This document shows positions 58,729 through 64,000 of a stretch of DNA of 64,000 bases, in pieces. This DNA comes from Methanobacteriota archaeon. Its GTDB lineage: Archaea > Thermoplasmatota > Poseidoniia > Poseidoniales > Thalassarchaeaceae. The first letter of the stretch is position 1. The number at the start of each line of letters is the position of its first letter. The notes under the pieces are model-generated. The model worked only from the letters and a program-made list of their open reading frames with translations. It searched no databases and was not told where the DNA came from. The DNA is taken from NCBI GenBank assembly GCA_002730095.1, contig PBZE01000050.1, forward strand, positions 6,258 to 70,257, in the 5' to 3' direction. The position numbers and the translations under genes were made by a program.

Positions 58729-59784
58729 CTATTCGCTCTCTTCGATTCTTTGCTTGGCCAGCTCACGCATATCTTCGTGATGAACACCATCATCGATTCC
58801 TTCCTGGTCTGACTCATCAACAATTTCAACTCCCAATAGTGTCTCAATCACATCTTCCATAGTAACCAGACCTTCTGTGCCACCAAACTCGTCCTTCACG
58901 ATGAGTATCTGGGATTTTGTTTCGAGGAGCATGTCCAGAGCACTGTCAACAGAGTCATTGTTTCTGCATATGTCTACAGGACGTGATATATCGGACATTT
59001 TCAAGTTGTAGTCATCAACTGCAGCTCTTCTCAGGATCTCGCTTCTTAGAACTACGCCCCTAACATCGTCAATGTTTCCTCCTGTAACTGGCATCCTTCC
59101 ATGTATCATAATGGGAATCTTCTGTAGTACATCTGATACGGTATCATCGGAAGAAACCGAGGTAACCACAACACGTGGAGTCATGATATCGCTGACACTT
59201 ATCTCTCTCAGTCTAAGCAGATTCTGAATTACCGCCTCCTCGTCCTCCTCTATTACATCAGTTTCCTCTGCAATATCGGCCAAAACTGAAAGCTCGTCTC
59301 TTGTGACTGTCTCTGTTTCAACTGCTGGCAATAGTGATCTTGTGATCTCTATTGGCTTAACAATTATCCAAAGAGCGAACATCATACCTTTCATTATCCT
59401 CGCGGATGGGACAGTTAATCTTCTCCAGTACAGTGCACCGATGGTCTTAGGAAGTATTTCACTAAGAACAAGAATCGCCAGTGTTAGAACAGCAGCAGCA
59501 ACATGAACTATCATACCGCCGCCAAATTGTGTTTGAACCTCGGCTCCTACTCCAAGAGCACCCACAGTATGCGCAATCGTATTCAGGGTTAGAATTGCTG
59601 TAAGAGGCCTCTCAGGGTCATCTTTCCATTGCGACCAGAGATCGCTAACTTTCGGATGAGTGTCCTTTAGGGCTGCGATGTGCCCGTGGCTTGTTGAGAG
59701 TAGGACAGCTTCCAATATGCTGCACAGGAATGATGCCCCAAGCGCCAACGCAGAATAGGCTAAAATTAGCGTGTAGTCAACCAA
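58729..59784 (-). CDS. CNNM (DUF21) + CBS domain protein (CorB/TlyC-like)
   Basis: SFLCSILEAVLLS, ILTLNTIAHT.GA, SEILPKT, IMTPR, DEFGG..GLVTMED.IE. Confidence 0.92.
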   Translation of the reverse strand: MVDYTLILAYSALALGASFLCSILEAVLLSTSHGHIAALKDTHPKVSDLWSQWKDDPERPLTAILTLNTIAHTVGALGVGAEVQTQFGGGMIVHVAAAVLTLAILVLSEILPKTIGALYWRRLTVPSARIMKGMMFALWIIVKPIEITRSLLPAVETETVTRDELSVLADIAEETDVIEEDEEAVIQNLLRLREISVSDIMTPRVVVTSVSSDDTVSDVLQKIPIMIHGRMPVTGGNIDDVRGVVLRSEILRRAAVDDYNLKMSDISRPVDICRNNDSVDSALDMLLETKSQILIVKDEFGGTEGLVTMEDVIETLLGVEIVDESDQEGIDDGVHHEDMRELAKQRIEESE

Positions 59785-59895
59785 CTATCTTTCCTCACAT
59801 TTGAGCGAAAATTAAACATGCACACAACACGAATGACTGCTCCCGTACCACTTACGACCGATTGCGACATAAATAGGTGACTGACCGCCAGCTAT

Positions 59896-62097
59896 GTGTC
59901 GCAGGGCGAATATGTCACAATTTTCATGGCTTGGCCATACGTAAACGCCCCATTACACTTGGGTCATGTTGCCGGAAACTGCTTACCTGCTGACATTCAA
60001 TACCGATACGAAAGGGCACGTGGTCGACGCGTGCTTATGTGCAGTGGATCTGACGAACATGGCACGCCAATTACGATTACTGCTGAAGAATTAGGCGTAT
60101 CTCCTCAAGACGTTGTAGACAAATACCATGACTTAGCCGTCAAATCTCTAAGTGATCTTGGATGTTCGTGGATGGATAACATCGATTCCAGGGGCGTTGA
60201 ATTTGGTGGCGCACTATACAACAGGACAACTGATCCTAGACACAAGGAGCTTGTTCGCGAAGTATTTTCCAATTTGCTAGAATCCAATATTCTGATTAAA
60301 GAGACAATGAAACAATATTGCTCTATCAGAGATGGCAATATTAGATTTCTACCAGACAGGTATGTAGAGGGAACTTGCCCCGTCTGCTCTGAAGATGGAG
60401 CAAGAGGAGATCAATGCGATGAGTGTGGATCTACTTACGAGGCACACGAGTTGATCAATCCAATTTCTAAACTTGACCCGACCGCCACTATAGAGATCAG
60501 GGATACGGATCATTTTTTCTTTAGACTTGAAATGTTTCAAGATAGTCTGGAGGAGCACGCTGGATTGAGGCAAACGACATGGAAGCCAAATGTCAGGTCA
60601 ATGACGAGAAATTGGCTCAATATGGGCCTGCGCCCTAGAGCAGTTACAAGGGATATTGATTGGGGCATCAAGCTCCCACTGACAGGTCCCGAGTGGGCCT
60701 CTAAAAGGGTATACGTATGGTTTGAAGCTGTGCAAGGTTACTACACCTGTGCAAGGATCTGGGCAGAGAGATTTGCTTCCAATAGTGGACACCCAGATGG
60801 CGAATTTGCTTGGGAGAATTGGTGGAAAGCTGCAGATGACGGAACATCTCCCAGACACATATATTTCATGGGCAAGGATAACATTCCGTTCCATACTGTA
60901 ATATGGCCATCATTAATCATGGGAATGAATGCATCTGAAAATAATGGTGAAATTTCCCACAAAAATATTCCAGGAAGACTGGTCTTGGAGTCTAATGTCT
61001 CATCTAATGAATATCTGATGCTCCAAGGTGGCCAATTCAGTAAAAGCAGGAAGCATGCGGTATGGCTACCATCGTTCTTAGAAAGATATGACCCTGATTG
61101 CCTAAGGTACTATCTAAGTATCAATATGCCAGAGACTCATGATACCGATTTCAGATGGGAGGATTTTGTTGAAAGGGTCAACAATGAGCTTATTGGAACT
61201 TACGGAAACTTCGTACACAGAGTCATGACCTTGACACATAGACTTTCGGAAGCCGATGTTAACCCTCTATCCGAATATGATCATCCTGAGAAATTTGGCG
61301 AAATTATTGCATCGTGCCAACAATCAATTAATTCTGCTATCGAGTCCATGGAGAGGCAGAGATTCAAGGAAGCTCTCAGGTCACTGATGGGAATCGCACA
61401 AGTTGGCAATCAGCTTCTCCAGAGAGCGGCTCCTTGGAAATATCTCAGTTCTGAAGAATCTGCAGATAGGGATCATTCACTTTCCGCCCTGGCACTCTCT
61501 TGGAGGCTATGCAGAACTCTGGCTATATGTACAAGGCCATTTATGCCGTTTCAGTCAGACAGACTTTGGGAAATGCTAGGCGAAGAGGATACTCTGAATG
61601 ATCTGCTCTGGGATGATGCATTGAATTACTCTGATAATCTATATTGGAATCCAAACTCTCCGGATCCCTTGTTCAAGAGATTGGATCTCGATGAAATTAT
61701 CTCACATGAGCTTTCATTGGCTAACGATATTAATAATGACTTATCCGAGGATAATACGAAAGGGGCTGATTACATAGAATTTGATGATTTCATGAAGGTG
61801 GAGATGAAGACTGGTAAAATTGTGTCCGTAGAGGATCATCCTAATGCAGACAAGCTTTATGTGGTCACAATTCAAGATGCCCCCAACTCCACAAGAACTG
61901 TTTGTGCTGGTCTAAAGGAGCATTATGAACCGGCTGATCTAGAGGGGCTAAATGTAGTATTTGTCGCTAATCTAGAGCCCAGGAAGCTAAGGGGCGTTAT
62001 GTCAGAGGGAATGCTTCTAGCAGCCGATGATGGAGATGGTAACGTTAGTGTAATTACTACTGTAGGGGATATTGGCTCAGGCTCTAGGGTTAGATAA
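59896..62097 (+). CDS. metG: Methionine--tRNA ligase with C-terminal tRNA-binding domain
   Basis: AWPYVN.PLHLGH, GSDEHGTPI, zinc knuckles, YVWFEA, GKDNIPFH, FSKSR, HPNADKL...SEGMLLAA. Confidence 0.97.
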   Translation: MSQGEYVTIFMAWPYVNAPLHLGHVAGNCLPADIQYRYERARGRRVLMCSGSDEHGTPITITAEELGVSPQDVVDKYHDLAVKSLSDLGCSWMDNIDSRGVEFGGALYNRTTDPRHKELVREVFSNLLESNILIKETMKQYCSIRDGNIRFLPDRYVEGTCPVCSEDGARGDQCDECGSTYEAHELINPISKLDPTATIEIRDTDHFFFRLEMFQDSLEEHAGLRQTTWKPNVRSMTRNWLNMGLRPRAVTRDIDWGIKLPLTGPEWASKRVYVWFEAVQGYYTCARIWAERFASNSGHPDGEFAWENWWKAADDGTSPRHIYFMGKDNIPFHTVIWPSLIMGMNASENNGEISHKNIPGRLVLESNVSSNEYLMLQGGQFSKSRKHAVWLPSFLERYDPDCLRYYLSINMPETHDTDFRWEDFVERVNNELIGTYGNFVHRVMTLTHRLSEADVNPLSEYDHPEKFGEIIASCQQSINSAIESMERQRFKEALRSLMGIAQVGNQLLQRAAPWKYLSSEESADRDHSLSALALSWRLCRTLAICTRPFMPFQSDRLWEMLGEEDTLNDLLWDDALNYSDNLYWNPNSPDPLFKRLDLDEIISHELSLANDINNDLSEDNTKGADYIEFDDFMKVEMKTGKIVSVEDHPNADKLYVVTIQDAPNSTRTVCAGLKEHYEPADLEGLNVVFVANLEPRKLRGVMSEGMLLAADDGDGNVSVITTVGDIGSGSRVR

Positions 62098-62107
62098 GCC
62101 ACATAGA

Positions 62108-62674
62108 CTAGTTAGGCCTGTCGAAAAACTCCCATTGTGTTTCAGCTAACTCTTTATTGGATTTAGCTTCGGAATATGCCTCAAGTGGAAGCTTATTCAA
62201 CTCGAAAAATGTGTCTCCATATGGCAGACATGAAAGAACATTTCTCGCTTGGTCTTCTCTGCCAAGTATGAACAATGTCGAGGCCAAAGCCTCTGCAGTA
62301 GATAATCTTCCAGGTTTTCCCCAGGATACAGGATTTGCCGCAAGTAAAACTGGTAGGGTCCTCCCTTCTAGCCTCGTATGCCTAGATATTGAATTCAAAG
62401 ACTCTTCTAGCCTCTTCCAAGAGCAATCAAGGGCTACTAATGCACCTCCTCTGTAAATCAAATCTTTGTCATCAGGCCCTATCAGTATCCCACTCGATGG
62501 ATCCAGTAGGTAACCTCTCTTTGGGGCACTTCTGGTATTCTTATGTAGAGTTGCAAATCCCTTTTGTGATATTCTCCTAGCACTGCATTTCTTCGGATCA
62601 TCCTGGTCAAGATGAATCACGTGCAGGGGAATGTCATCGAGGTTATTCTTTACCGAGGAACTCATCAAGTGCAT
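62108..62674 (-). CDS. tsr3: rRNA aminocarboxypropyltransferase Tsr3 (DUF367)
   Basis: QDDPKKCSA, LDCSW, R.LP.LLAANPV.WG....LSTAEA. Exact start uncertain. Confidence 0.9.
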   Translation of the reverse strand: MHLMSSSVKNNLDDIPLHVIHLDQDDPKKCSARRISQKGFATLHKNTRSAPKRGYLLDPSSGILIGPDDKDLIYRGGALVALDCSWKRLEESLNSISRHTRLEGRTLPVLLAANPVSWGKPGRLSTAEALASTLFILGREDQARNVLSCLPYGDTFFELNKLPLEAYSEAKSNKELAETQWEFFDRPN

Positions 62675-63128
62675 CTCCTATTGTCATGCCTCTGCTGCTG
62701 GGGATTCTTACAGATCTTTCCGGCTCAGATACATTATCCTCGAACAATATTATGTCTAAAGATTTCTCAATTTTTCTTAGTACGGAATCAGCCGGTTGGA
62801 CACCTGATTCGGCTTTCTGAATGTCATTAAGTCGTAAATTCAACCTCTTTGCTAGGTCCCTGGGAGTCCATCCCTTATTCTCCCTCCCTCTCTTGATTAT
62901 GATATGAAAATTCGGAACTACCTCCTCCTCCAGCTTTGACATGTTCTTTGTGTATGATTTTTTTCTGATAGAAACAGTTCCGGGATTTGTAGCTGATTTC
63001 TTCTTCGTTTCAAGAACGTTAAGATTGTTCGATTCTATACACCTAGTGCAGCATCTGAGTCTTGCACCAGATATTTCAGATAACAGTGTAGAAACTCTTT
63101 CTGTTCCACACATCTCACATGTACCCAT
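62643..63128 (-). CDS. mbf1: Archaeal multiprotein bridging factor 1 (zinc ribbon + Cro-HTH)
   Basis: CEMCG...C..C, HTH GWT..DLA, C-terminal TIGD motif. Confidence 0.9.
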   Translation of the reverse strand: MGTCEMCGTERVSTLLSEISGARLRCCTRCIESNNLNVLETKKKSATNPGTVSIRKKSYTKNMSKLEEEVVPNFHIIIKRGRENKGWTPRDLAKRLNLRLNDIQKAESGVQPADSVLRKIEKSLDIILFEDNVSEPERSVRIPSSRGMTIGDALDEFLGKE

Positions 63129-63197
63129 AACCTTGCCACTCGGGTGTCAAACATATGGGTTGGGGTTATTTGAAATCAAATACCCCCTACGCCTTCC

Positions 63198-64000
63198 ATG
63201 GCTACTGGCTCAGATACAATCAGGTCCGATGAGGTCTCGACCCAATCCGCCGTTTCAAATTTACAGAATGAAATGAAGGTTTTATCTGAAACAGCCCAGC
63301 AATTACTTACCGACAAGCTACTTCTAGAAAGTGAAATTTCACAGGTCAAGAAAAGAGCTAGTAGGCTAGAGGAAGAAATTCGCAATCTAAGGACCCCCCC
63401 TATGATTATTGGCCATCTCCAAGACATGACCGAAGATGGGGCCATAGTTAGGAGTTCCAATGGTACTGTTTTTCTTGTATCTGTCAATCCAAGAATCGAG
63501 TCATCGCTTTTGGTGCCCGGATGCAGGGTTGCTCTAAATCAAGATACTCTTTCTGTTATCGAAATTTTATCCGACTCATGGGATCCTCTTGTCGTTACAT
63601 CAGAAATTATCGAAAAACCAACCGTGTCATTTAATGACATCGGCGGTTTAAAAGATCAGATTAAAGAAATTAGAGAGACAGTGGAACTTTCATTCACTAA
63701 CAAAGAGGACTTCGAAAGATTCTCCATAGACCCGCCAAAAGGAGTTCTACTTACCGGTCCCCCTGGTACGGGTAAGACCCTACTTGCTAAGGCAGTTGCA
63801 AATTCTACCAATGCTGTGTTTCTTGGGTTGGTTGCTTCAGAGCTTGCTCAGAAGTATATTGGAGAGGGTGGTCGTTTGGTGAGGGAAATTTTTGATTTGG
63901 CCAGAAAGAAGGCACCAGCAATTGTTTTCATAGACGAATTAGATGCCATAGGCTCCAAGAGACTGGACAGTGCAACATCAGGCGATAGAGAGGTTCAGAG
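63198..64000 (+). CDS. pan: Proteasome-activating nucleotidase (truncated by window edge; absent from ORF track)
   Basis: Manual translation from ATG 63198: N-terminal coiled coil, LRTPP, DIGGL, PPKGVLL.GPPGTGKT (Walker A), IVFIDELDAIG (Walker B), SGDREVQ. Confidence 0.95.
   Translation, partial: MATGSDTIRSDEVSTQSAVSNLQNEMKVLSETAQQLLTDKLLLESEISQVKKRASRLEEEIRNLRTPPMIIGHLQDMTEDGAIVRSSNGTVFLVSVNPRIESSLLVPGCRVALNQDTLSVIEILSDSWDPLVVTSEIIEKPTVSFNDIGGLKDQIKEIRETVELSFTNKEDFERFSIDPPKGVLLTGPPGTGKTLLAKAVANSTNAVFLGLVASELAQKYIGEGGRLVREIFDLARKKAPAIVFIDELDAIGSKRLDSATSGDREVQ

Noticed and set aside
1..64000. Numerous antisense ORFs of 60-190 aa in the ORF track
   Set aside because: They are Ser/Ile/Pro-rich shadow frames opposite well-supported genes, with no recognisable motifs.
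1..64000. CRISPR arrays, transposases, prophage or defence islands, rRNA
   Set aside because: I saw no regularly spaced repeats, terminal inverted repeats, integrase or capsid motifs, or rRNA signatures. The MazG-like and EVE genes sit in housekeeping context.

Overview
Gene-dense archaeal core-genome window, most consistent with Marine Group II Euryarchaeota (Poseidoniales, Thermoplasmatota). This placement is an inference from archaeal informational genes (split rpoA1/rpoA2, rpl30e, rps3ae, aCPSF1, PAN, psmB, endA, MBF1, Tsr3) mixed with bacterial-type metabolic genes (thyA-folA, plsC, pntAB, dimeric mdh, class 2 pyrD, mqnC, bacterial-type topA) and membrane-anchored secreted proteins. It holds about 58 CDS, a tRNA-Pro(TGG) and the SRP (7S) RNA. 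I saw no mobile elements, CRISPR arrays or prophage. Most notable observations: (1) a divergent locus at 3.7-11.7 kb with four paralogous COG1340-like coiled-coil proteins around a surface Ig-like/TM/double zinc-ribbon protein (frameshifted), an atypical DtxR regulator and a membrane protein; (2) a recurrent non-canonical TATA element TT[C/G]A[A/T], usually 29 nt upstream of start codons, implying leaderless mRNAs; (3) an 18-bp alternating purine-pyrimidine CG-rich tract (Z-DNA-prone) upstream of topA, whose product carries three unusual C-terminal repeats; (4) a DtxR-type operator upstream of the ferredoxin promoter; (5) an S3Ae-SAP domain fusion. All calls come from visual motif recognition; no database searches were run.
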